Assembly (NCBI GenBank): GCA_973895155.1
Contig: OZ316899.1
Location: 2,007,573-2,071,572, forward strand
Direction of reading: 5' to 3'
Source of the DNA: Marsupella aquatica
Taxonomy: Eukaryota > Plantae > Marchantiophyta
Length of the DNA stretch: 64,000 nt
Shown here: positions 51,643 to 62,754 of the stretch, one piece after another
How the letters are laid out: each line of letters opens with the position of its first letter
Position numbering within the stretch: the first letter of the stretch is position 1
Translations under genes and position numbers: made by a program
Notes under the pieces: model-generated
What the model saw: only the letters and a program-made list of their open reading frames with translations
Database searches by the model: none
Told to the model about the DNA's origin: nothing

Positions 51643-54600
51643 ACTAGCAATATCGCTAGTATAGAATTGCCTCTACATTTCAGATCAATCTTTGATGTGT
51701 TCATCTTAGATAATCTTAGAGTATTACTGCAACAACTTCAGGGAACACTTCCCGCCCAAGAACACATCCTAAGTTGATCAGACTAGCGATCTTGCTAGCA
51801 AAAAATTGGCGTCATTTTAATGATCAAACCGTGAACTCTATACATACTTGTAGATAGGTTAACACGGCTGGAAGTCGGATGTTTCTGTCAGGATGTAGCA
51901 GACTTCCTAAGACTAGAGAGATTGCTAGCCATAAACAACAAACTCAAACACCATAAAAGTTACCATTATGGACCTCGCTAACATTATGATTCACTCGGTG
52001 AAAACAGATTGATATTTGTGAAACCACAAACTCGAGTAATCCATCCCACCACCCTATAATTAACATCTCCAATAAACGAGTAGTCCCCTATCTGTAACGG
52101 AATTAAACTCCTCACTTCCCCAACAGTCAGAATCGGCTGTTTCACAAGGTCATCCTTCTCCAGGTTGAGTGAAAACTTGTTTAAATACACCCACAGCAGA
52201 TGTTTACAAGACATGTATGGTTTCCCTCGTGTATGCCTCTTATAAAAGTCTTCACAAGAACACGAAGGGAAACAACAGATTTGCACCCAATATGTGTGCG
52301 GAACTTGTGAATCAGTCTTGTGAGTGGCGATCAAGTATCTCCAACCCCATCCATTTCCGGTAGTTACCTTCTCATTTCCGACAACTCTCATGTATTCTTG
52401 TGTAGCGGAAACGATGCGCTTGAGCAACTCTGGAGTATTGCTGAAACGTTATCGTGCACCCTTACCATTTCGGGTTTTCAACCGACGTTCCACATTAGTT
52501 AGATCAATTCGTTTGGGGAATGAGTTAACATCAATTCGTAAGTTGACCCGATTGGGGGACGGGAACTCTCCAACTTGATTTGCATCCACATAGGAGAGTC
52601 CACTGATCTGGAATCCTAATCCCAACAGAAACTCTATCTCGGGATGGGAGAGGCAAGTCCCACGCTGAACCTTGAGCGACTCGGGTGGGGGGGGGGTAAT
52701 TGAGCTAGAGTTCTGCGTCCTCGGCTCTTGTGACACTTATTGTTAGGACAGAAGTACAACAACTGGCGATGTGGAGACAATAATCGCAACCCGTGAATGG
52801 CGACTCCAACAATTCCCCCTTGCGCGGACTTACATCTAGTCTCCTTGATGAGATTTCTACATTCATCTCTTCCAAAAACGCTTCGGTCAACCGACCCGTT
52901 GCAAACAGGTCCAGCACCTCTACCGCTCCGCCTGAGATGCCAGGTCCCATAAGGAACATCAACCTCTCGGATGGAAGGGATCCTTTGGGGGGCATCCCGA
53001 TGGTCATCCCCGACATCACACGAAGGTTGAGTCCCCATTTTCTCGGTATCATTGATATTACGACTTGCATCATCACCATCGTCATCTGAAATATGGATAA
53101 CTCCAGCAGAACAACCTCCGACAGGGGTTGCCAAAGTTGTATTATTTGCTATTTCTGGGTCCGCAGAAGTCTCCGAAACATTGACGAAGCAAAATTCAGA
53201 ATAGAGATTACGCCTTTTTAGTCCTGAAGGAGAAGTTGTTGTGCGTGACACCTTGTCACGTCTGTGGGAGTCATTCGCGTGGATTACAGCTGAAGCTTTC
53301 CCTTTCCTCTTCGTGGATGTTGTTCGGAGATCGCCATGTAATGGAACTGTTCTATAGAATTCATACTTAGCTGAAGACTCAAGCAAAAGATTTGTTGCCT
53401 TTTTGTAAGCATCCATGGATCCCATAGCATCGGCGTTCCTATATGCTAATTCAAAAATGGTCGGCCCCTGGCCTCTGTGAACACCTTCACTGTAGGCAGT
53501 AAAAGCAGCAATTTGCCCCGCAGCACGATTCTGGTCCACCTCACATGCTTCAATCAATCCCACTAGTTTCTTCATTTGGCAGGATCGCATGGATGCATGG
53601 ACTGATTCCGCTCCAATACAATTTGGCATCAAGGCTGACTCCATTGCAGTTTGCGTCTGTGAAAAAGCAGTCCCCAGTCAGACCTGATATGCTAGCAAAA
53701 ACAATGACGTCAAAGAGAAATGAAATTGGACACTTACAACGCGGATGAAGTTCCCCCACTGCCTCCACCTCACGACCCACCAAGATAACCATCCTTGGAG
53801 AGACTTCAATTTCCCAACATAGCAGTTTCCTTCCTTCCACCAACGATGGATTTCGTCAGCAACACGGTAGGCCTGAACATATGTTGGTGCTGTTCTCAGC
53901 CTTTCCCACAGTTTATAGTGCTCTCGATGGCGATCTTCCCGAATACCCTCCAATGTGTGACGACGAAGAGATTGAGCAAAGTGAAAGGCGTCACTGTGCT
54001 CCTTCTGTGGGTGACGGACACCTCCAAAAAAACATTTCAAATGGCGATCCATCCAGCCTCGACATTATCGGCAATAAATCCTCCAATGAGTGGGTCATGC
54101 ACGTCATGATCAGAGGCAACTAATCATATATCTCCATGCTGTTTCAAGAGATAAGGAGTCCTCCGCACGGAGCTCACAAGTGAAGATGGTACAAAGGGAC
54201 CTGTAATTATGGTCGTACACATGGGCGCTGAAAGTCAGCCACCCAGTGCTTATTCTCCGCATTACATCAGAACTGACCCATGCTCCTTCCAGCTCACCTC
54301 CACTCTTCATCTGCCTGAGAATATTGACACCAGAACCTGGGCCATTTGTACTCATTTTGAAGACATGAGCCCTATCGGTCTTGCTCCCCTGGCCAGGGAA
54401 AAGGTACCTCTGAACGTAAGGAAAATTATTCCGTGCTTGCATCTCACGAAGAGAATCCAACTCACCTTGTTTTGGGTTATCCGTTTTCACGCTCTGGAAT
54501 ATGGCCTGGAATTTCTCAACAGTGGACACAACCTTCATCGATTCCCATATCTCTCTCTCTTCTTCTTTTGATAGTTCTGAAGAAGACTCTGGATGCAAAA

Positions 54601-57600
54601 GAGAAACCAGGTTTCCTATAGACTTGTTAAGAACACGCCCTGGCGTACACACGGGATTCGCTTTATGAACACCAAAAACTATCTCCTCCGCCTGCTTTTT
54701 TGCCAATCAAGATTTCCCTTTCCAAACAACGTGGTCATGGAAACCCATGTGAACAGCCAATCGAGACATGTTTCGCAACATTTGACTCAAGAGACAGCTT
54801 AGGATAGACGTACAAAAGTTTAGCCGGACATTCACGGATGCAGAGAGGCCTCTCCTCACAGAATCCGCACACCAACCCTCCTTCCTCCACAAGCTCACCA
54901 AGATGAAACGGCTCTGTAAATTGTCCTTTCCTCGGAAGGAAGAGTCATTTTTTGAAGCGGTGTGCTTCAACTTTCTACAGACCAGATTTTGACATTCAAG
55001 TACACCGGCACATCTGACTTTTGACACAGACCAGTGATTGCAAGGTTTGAGATTAGCTGAAGTTGTGAGAAGTATCGTCCATGGGTAGCCATCATTATCC
55101 CTATCCATGTCCTGAAGACCATATCCTCGACGAAATTGACCTTCGACCGGAGGAAGCTCAAAAATGCAATTTCCGTTGTATGAAGTGGGCAAAGTCTGCA
55201 CTTGAATCTCCTTCCAATCGTTTCCCCTGTGGAAATATGCCCAACTCGCTTGACCCAGTAATATTGAGGAAGGCATCATATGCACTAACTCGATAAAGAA
55301 CTGGATGAGATTGAAACTCGTTTTGAATCATTGCTTCAAAAACGGATTTCTCAAAAGACTTTGTCGACACAGAAGAGAGATCCCAACCCACACTCTCAGG
55401 GGAGATGTCGATAATTTCTGGTACTGCAGGTGACGGGCGAGTCGGGGATTCTGGATCGGAAACATTGATATGTGCAATGTCATCCTTACATGAGACTAGC
55501 TCTATAGCTAAACCACACTTCAGGTCCCAAGCTCTCTCTGGCAATATTCCTGAACCATTATCCGACACCTCATGACTTCTGGATCCATTCCGAGAGTAAA
55601 GAACGAACAACTTCCAGATGAAATCATCTTTCAAAAGCCCAAACCTCGATGAGAGAAAAGACTCCTTGACAGAGATAATAGTATTCTCCGGAACATCTAG
55701 AACAACAACATCACCCGTCGTCTTTCTCTCGATCACAACCTTCGATCCCAATGAAGACATGCTGACAGTTTTGGACATTACAGTCTACAACAATCCTCAA
55801 ATGTGAGATACTTTACTCCCTTCTTTCTCCAAATACATATGAGGAAACGTGCTTGTGTAGGTGTTGGACTCAACGTATTTATTTAATAAATGCCTCTTAT
55901 TCCCGTTATCTGACCATTATTTTGTCTTATATGACACTATTTATGGAATGATAAAGCTAGCAAGATTGCTAGCTCAATGAACCAAGTAAAATGGTTCAAA
56001 ACCTTACAAAACACCCTTCACGAGTTCATGGATTTAGTGATCGATTTTTGGCTAGCGATGTCGCTAGCAAAAACAGTTTCTCATAAGAGGCCATTATGAC
56101 CAATTATATCCATTGGAATTGGTCAACGGGTACCTATATGTCAACGGTACGGTACAGTACCGGACACCTGTCTCTTTGTCATTAGATACTTTTCTTTCAG
56201 TTGTGAGTTTGGTGGTTCGTATTTCCGGAAGTACATGTATACCTGACGGTGTCTGAAAAATGATTGTGAGGAGAGTCGTATAGAATATCTGTATCTCTTT
56301 TCACGACCGAGCGCTGCATTCAGGTGAAAGCAACAGACGAGGGTACGATTCTGTCTTTGACTGGAAGATCAATTCTCGGGTTTCTTTATGTTCGCAAAGC
56401 GTGTCGCCCTCGACCTTGACCTGTTCATACCCTTATCACTTCACGGACCCGCTGATGGAGCCATTGTCTTCACCCGAGAGCTTGTCATCAGTAGGATCGT
56501 TCAAGTCAGTCGAGTCAAGCCAAAGGGAGACAAGGTCTACAGTGAACAAGAAGGCGCTCCAGGCGGGATTGAAAACACCGAGGAGGCCCAAGATGGTGAA
56601 CCAAGTAGATGTTGTGAATCCTACGTTTCAACCTGGAGCTTCATAACCCTATTCTGTTTCATCAATCGCCATCTTTTCCCTTTTGGAAATGACGAATTTG
56701 GATTCCCCCTCGCTCCTCCGAGGATTCCCCTTTGCAGAATGCAAAACATGCAGATCGTTTGGACCTTGCAAACAAACTTGACTGCGATTGAGACACTCAA
56801 GAATGAATTCCGGACGCAGGGATACATCAAGGATGCGCCTCAATTTTACGTACAAATGACCGGCGAAGATGGCCTTGTCTAGATGTGCGACGATGTGATT
56901 CGAGAGTCGTGGAATGACATGTGGATTCTTCAGAATGAAGAATTCAAGAGGGAATGTGATTCTCACAAAGCTTTCAAAATTTTGAAAGACAAAATGTTCT
57001 ATGTTTTCGATGGAAATCATCGTCTGTACTCATGGATGCAGCTTGCGGACGAGAATCCCCATGATGTCAAATATCATCCTCGAGTTGTTTGCCGAATTTT
57101 CAAGGGTGACAAGAACTCATTCGTTCAGATTGAGTCGGCGATGCATGCGCTGAATAGGTTTGTTTCTTTTCCTTCAAGCTGTGAATTGTATATAAAATTC
57201 TTTCAGTTCCTCTTGTTAGCGATCTCGCTGACCTGTTTCTTTTGTTCAGGTTGACTCAATGTCACGTTGAGAATTCTTGGGTCCTTGAAGCAGAGAGAGT
57301 CCAGAAGGTGCTCAGTAATGACCTTTCTATATACAAAGATATCATCGATGCAGACAACTACAAACTTTTCCAGCAGAAGATGGCAAATATCAGGAAACCG
57401 GCTTGGTATTCGAAGAACATGACACTCGATGCCTGCACGTACATTCTGTCTGCTGCTAATATTGCAGCGCAGATGGAAGATTTGAAGAAGAAGTTCCAGT
57501 TGAAAGAAGCGCAAGGAGAACCTCTTTCAAAAGCTACGCAAGACATGGCAGTGAAAGATATGATGAAGGAGCAACTAGCAGATTGGAATGTGAAGGTGCC

Positions 57601-59427
57601 AAAGATTGGACCTCTCCTGAATCCTGAGTTTGGTGACTTTTCCAGAAGTGTGTTGAGATGCACAACTACTGCAAACATGAGAGGAAGGAGGCCCAACGAA
57701 CAGACAATAAAGGAAGGGGTAATGTGTCATGTGGTCTTGATCGTGCGAGGCTATTTACGGGTGTCTCATCGTTGACTCCGCAGCTCAGATGTGTACTCCT
57801 CGAGGCACAATGCAGACCTGAGCTTCGCAAGAAGTACTTCCACCCTGGTCAATTCTCGGACAGCGAAACAAAACTTTGGCTTCACCGATGGGCTGTATGG
57901 GAGCAGGTTGAGTCAATTTGTTCTTCGCTCATGTTTGAGATTATTTCAGAGATGATCCCAACTGTTCCAGATGCAAGGATCCTTACTTCATCTGAGAAGA
58001 CAAAGCCATCGCTGATCCTTGACATAGAGGAGGACTTTGAAGATTTCCAAACGAGAGTGAAATCTCGTTTTTTCAGACAGATTTGGCCACCAAAGTCGGG
58101 TGAGAAGATTGACATCTCACTTTTTTGGAGGAGGGCGAAGAGATATACATATCGTTTTTTTGTAGATAGAGAAGTTGCTGACAAAACATATTGGTGGTCC
58201 TATCCTGCTTGCTTCTCGCCTTGGATAGCAGGAGTGAAAGAGGATCCAACCTCCGTTAAATATGGAGAGTACTCGATGTACCCATGTGAGGGAGTGGAGG
58301 CTCCAAGGAAGATGAGTGAGTGGGAAGTCCTTCACTGTCCATGGTTTTTAGAATCAGACAAATGGGCAGTGACATTTGACACAGCAGAGAAGGCAACATT
58401 TCATATGATAAATCGAGGCTTGATACCAGAGTCGTACATTACAGAGTCCAAATTAGCTCCTGCAGAAGCCGAGGCTGGCGGATGTGAGGCAATGGAGAAA
58501 GTTGTTCTTGGTGTAGCTGCCATTGTCGACCGGAGTAGATCAAGGAGACCTTGGAAGGTGCCGGTGAAGGACACGTCCAAAGATGGATCAGTCTTGTCTG
58601 GGAAGCAAAGTAAGTCTTTTTCTCCTCTTTTTTTCATACCTCATTTGGAGTAATTTTGTCTCAGTCACCTGTCTAACATTAACATGTTTTTCAGAGAAGA
58701 GAAAGGCTGCAGCCTCTGGGAGTTTGAAGAGTGGGGCGGATGATGGAGAAGAACCCAAGTCTTCTGATGTTGAGGTCACAACAAAATCTGTTGTGGACCT
58801 AGGTTCAATCAAGCGTTTAAAGAGGAAGCGCAATGTCCAAATTCTCTCCGACTCGGATGAGGAGGAAGCATGCGTCGCGCAAGGAGTAGCACAAATGTGT
58901 GGTCTTAAGAAGGACGGTGAGAGGCATTTCTTGGCAAAGAGCAATCTCACGGAAACTGCAAACTCAATTAGCCAGAGGAAAGTAAGACCTCCCTGGATGG
59001 GCAATGCGGATCAGTGGTTGTCTGGAATGAGCAAATCGAGCGAACACCCAAACACCGTGATGATCAACGGAAAACATTATGCTGGAATTGGTGCTCACTT
59101 GGGTTTCATATTCCTTCCCACGGGTCATCAAACAAGCATCACAGACCGGGAGGTCCCGAAGTGGAATGTTTGGAGTGAGAAATTACCATATTATTTCTTT
59201 GGAGTCATGCGTTCGATGCTTGCCGATGATGGTTTTGTCGCAGTTCTTCACAGCTCTGACTATAACCATATGAGGCAAATTTTTTCTACCGTCGAGCAGA
59301 AGAACAAATTTAAACATGTCCGACAGTATTCGGTTTTGCTTTCATCTCCTTTGCATCAGGCAGATATGGACATCGAGGTAAGATATCCGCAATAGTTTTT
59401 GTGCAAGTTTTGCTAGCGAGCTCGCTA
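51643..59427. promoter_or_regulatory. Dispersed palindrome family B, (C)TAGCRA-NN-TYGCTA(G) (7 copies in cassette B)
   Basis: Copies start at 51643, 51783, 51913, 55955, 56051, 57215, 59414; 55955-55974, 56051-56068 and 59414-59427 have perfect arms. Regulatory role is inferred. Confidence 0.8.
51984..55778 (-). pseudogene. Mutator-like transposase B (paralogue of A)
   Basis: Ubl-like N-terminus; KVRCAGVLECQNLVC, SRLAVHMGFHDH; WVSSD (D1); GFIADN (D2); DAFH; NCIGAESVHAS (E); SWIM CSCEDF..CKHLLWVY. Confidence 0.82.
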
Positions 59428-59977
59428 ATCAAAAGTGCACATTTCTTACATATTCTCATTTTCAATTCAGGTGGTTACTCTCATTATGGATGCCTTCTGC
59501 AAGGTGGAATTCTTGGCAAAAGTCCCAAAACATACAGGATATGTTCCAATGACTTCCTCGGAGGATGCCCGCCATAAATTGATGTTGAGTGTTTGCTACC
59601 CAAAAATTGATCCCAGTCCCAAGGCGGCTTTTGCAGGTTCCAATAGATTGTCAGTTGGGTTCATGCAAGCTATAATGGAGATCCTTACTTTGCCAAAGGA
59701 CATTGTCATTGACTGGACTGTTGGAGATGGAAGTGCTTTTGCCGCTGGGGAATACGCTAGGAGATTTGTTATGGGTGTTGAAGATCGAGACATTCTTCAT
59801 CTGTGTGCGCAAAAAACTTTGGCAAGTGTGTTGGATAGACATGCCCAGAAGTTGAAAGGGGCCGCAGACCCAAAAAACGATGATCCCAATGATGAAGGGT
59901 CGGATTATGAGTTCACCATCCCAGGAGATGATCAGGGAGGACCTTCAGACGAGAAGGATGAATTCGACCTAGAGTAA
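56401..59977 (+). pseudogene. ParB-like / N4-N6 DNA methyltransferase-like fusion gene, copy B (4 exons, disrupted)
   Basis: IPLCRMQNMQIV..LKNEF..GY..FDGNHRL (57009); LGFIFLPTG..W..LADDGFVAVLH; RLSVGFMQAIMEILTLPKDIVIDWTVGDGSAFAAGEYARRFVMGVE; introns 57158-57249, 58610-58694, 59378-59470 at the same positions as copy A; true start may be slightly upstream. Confidence 0.8.
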
Positions 59978-61692
59978 AGCACTTGGCCTTTGATGTAGAA
60001 CTCCCTATTTGGCGTTTTTATTTTGTTTGTAGAATTTTTGGATATGTAGTATTGATCCGATTCTGGTGATTTCTTCAGTGATAGGCGTTTGGATTGGTTT
60101 TTGGAGGAGAGATTCCGTCTTCGGAAAGAAATCAAGGATCATTTTCTTGTGACCCCTGAGAAGGGATTTGCGCTTCCATGCTATGCTGAAAAAACTGCAA
60201 AGGAGGTTGATGAAGCGCCCGTCGTTTTGACTTGGGAGGGGAAAGGTCTGCGGTCAGTGAGGGGTGTTTGGAAAGCCCTTTACTGCCCTCAGTTCATAGA
60301 TGATGAGGCTGGGACTGTAGCACAATATGTTGACGATTCGGCTGAGAAGACTGATAGGGAGTCGAGTAGCGATCCTAGTAATTCCTCAGATGATTTGGAA
60401 TCAGAGGATTCTCAATGACTCATGGTCAATTTCAGATGCAATCTCATTCCAAAAGATATTTGTCATACCAAAGTTTTATTAAAGATGGATTGTGAAAGGT
60501 TTTTTGACCTGGTTTTGTTCATAATGATGATGCCTTTTCATTCAGTTCAGTGTAGTGAAGATCTCAATGTTTGCATTTGTGAATATTTAAGTATCTGCAT
60601 TTTTGTTTTCCGTAACTGTTTCACAATATATATCGACAATCTTACTACCCTGAAGTTACGCACAAACTTGCCTCGCTAGCCTGCTGTCCTCGCTAGCAAA
60701 ACTCCTGTTTGCTCGCTTAATAGAATACCTCGACTGTTCCTATTGATGGTGTACTGCCAATCGATAGGAGAGTTCAAGAAATGTTTGGGCGAGTTGACTT
60801 TAAGGACAGTAACATTCCCAATGAAACTTATACGAGGGCAGTGCGTCGGGGTCCTTCTGAGAGATACATTCAATTGCGTGGTCTTGGATTCAAGAAAAAT
60901 TGGAGGAGAGAAGCGGCAAGAGTGGAGGATGATTGCAATTCTGAAAGCTAGATGCAATCACTTATTTGTTGTTCCTCCCATTTTTCACGAAGAACGGCAT
61001 CACATTGTTCAGTTTGGTGATCACTTTAAGCTAGAGCCGAGCGCTGCTTAAGCTCTTTTGATGTTTCGGGATGGAGTCGCCCTTGGCTTCGTTGTTAGGG
61101 TTTTTCCCGGATGTTGTCTTCAGGAATTCCATAGTTTTTCCTGCAGTTGTTGGCTAGCGCCCAGCGTTGCTTTTGTTTTACTGGAAATCCTCAGCCGGGG
61201 TCGACCGTGGCTTCTGTATATCAGATTTCTAGGCCTGCAGGTTTTAACTTATATGTGCATTTTTTGGACCTGCGCCGAACGCGTTATGTACTTTGCGATT
61301 ATATATGGCAGTTTTATTTTTTCCCTGCGCATTTTGACATATATTGGTCTCGGATTTTGTTTATCTCAATTGTGAGACGGTTTTATTTGTTGTAAATACA
61401 TGATTCCGTCTAGTCCAATTTCCTTTCACGCGAATTTAATCGTCTTGATTTCTATACCAGTAGTTTGAAATGCATCTTTCGTCCACTTTTTTCATGATCA
61501 CTGTTCACCGCTACCCAAACACTGTTCATTGGTAACAGTTTCTTTTTGCTGATAACAGTAATTGTTTGCTGTTATTGTTATCTGTTTGCTGTCGTTTGTA
61601 AATTCCCCCTGCGACCTCCACCTCAAAGGTATGACCTGGATACTTTGTATGCTTTCTTCAGCCAAAGATGTCCCCAATGTGCTTTACACCAC

Positions 61693-62754
61693 AGTCGTAG
61701 AACTTGACTACCTTAACACTTAGCTCTGGCGTCGCTGACTTTGACGCCAAGCTCCCTTACGGTCCAAGCCCGGATAGGCCATCCGGGGAGGACTTAGCAT
61801 GGGGAGAGTTGTGGGCAATGGGAAATGGCACTGGCAAAGGCAAGGCGCCAAGCTGGTGACACACACTAAGGACTTAGGCTAGTTGAGAGCTAGTTGGGTC
61901 AAGGGGAAACGGGCCGGACTCAAGGTCGACCGTCCGGACCCCCGGACGGACTTTGGGTTCTGAGGGCTTGAGTGAGAGCTCCTCTTGGGCCCAAAGGCCA
62001 ATGGAGTTGACGCCATGGGCAACGGACGCTTGGGGGGGTCTGGGGACAACATGGATTCTTGAGGTTTGCGGATGTTAGCTCGCCCGCATGCCAAATCCTG
62101 TTGAACAGCAGCCAAGCCGTGTTCAGTCTCCCAAGGGAGCTTGCATTGGGGAGGCAAGGGCAAGTAGGCATGGAGGTTGAGTTTAAAGGGTGCTTGGCCC
62201 CTAGACCATAAGTGGGGCAAGAACCGGGAGTTGGTTGCTAGAGTCGGGGCCATTCTGGTCCCGCGCGTGTTGGGACAAGCTTGAAACAAGCTTTAGGACA
62301 AGTTACGCTATTGGGCCATGAGCATGTCCTGGGGTCAGGGCGGTCAGTTGGTGATGGATAGGTACAAGGGGGAACCCGGGCTGCGCTCAAGGAAGGAGTT
62401 GTTCTGGACGAATAGTGAGCGTGGGTTCTGGTTTCGGCTTATGGCATCGGGAGGACCTATTGCTAACCTATTTACCAATGTCTGTTGAGCTTGAGTTAGG
62501 ATGCTAGACTTGGTGAGTTCTAGATCTTGAAGGGTTACTTACCAAGGCGCTTGGTTGCTTGTGCAGATAGTGAGGACCGTTGAGTAGCGGTCGTGTTGGA
62601 GAGCAAGTGCGACTTCGTATGGGAGCGGCCACTGGTGGTGCAAGGGGCACTAGGTTGCTTGCTCAAGGTATTCCGTGGAGGCGTTTGGGCACCAGGGGCA
62701 CTTAGGCGTGGGTGTTGGGATTGGTGAGGGCGCTGGGTGGCAAGGTCCACCACT
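61693..62754 (+). mobile_element. Solo LTR (internally deleted) of the AGT...ACT gypsy family
   Basis: Colinear with 25295-25620 and about 29620-30307; AGTCG...CCACT ends flanked by CCAC (61689-61692, 62755-62758). Confidence 0.82.

Larger units (their letters stand above)
39697..61607. mobile_element. Giant Mutator-like DNA transposon (21,911 bp) with two transposase/ParB-MTase cassettes
   Basis: 8-bp direct repeat CCTGCGAC (39689-39696, 61608-61615) abutting GGG and CCC termini; TIR core GACAGAAAACAGAAAACA (39712-39729) vs inverse at 61576-61593, 16/18; CTGTTACCA repeats on the left (39736, 39777, 39798) and inverted on the right (61530, 61550); DDE transposases inside. Confidence 0.88.

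Noticed and set aside
45476-59977. Bacterial or phage contamination (ParB plus methylase operon)
   Set aside because: GT-AG introns at matching positions in both paralogues, linkage to eukaryotic transposases, and clean TSD junctions with plant repeat DNA.
39697-61607. Assignment to KDZ/Zisupton or hAT because of the 8-bp TSD and SWIM finger
   Set aside because: The core reads D..D..DxxH..ES with MULE-like context; I saw no KDZ-type CxC catalytic architecture and no hAT BED or dimerisation motifs. Tentative until a phylogeny is run.
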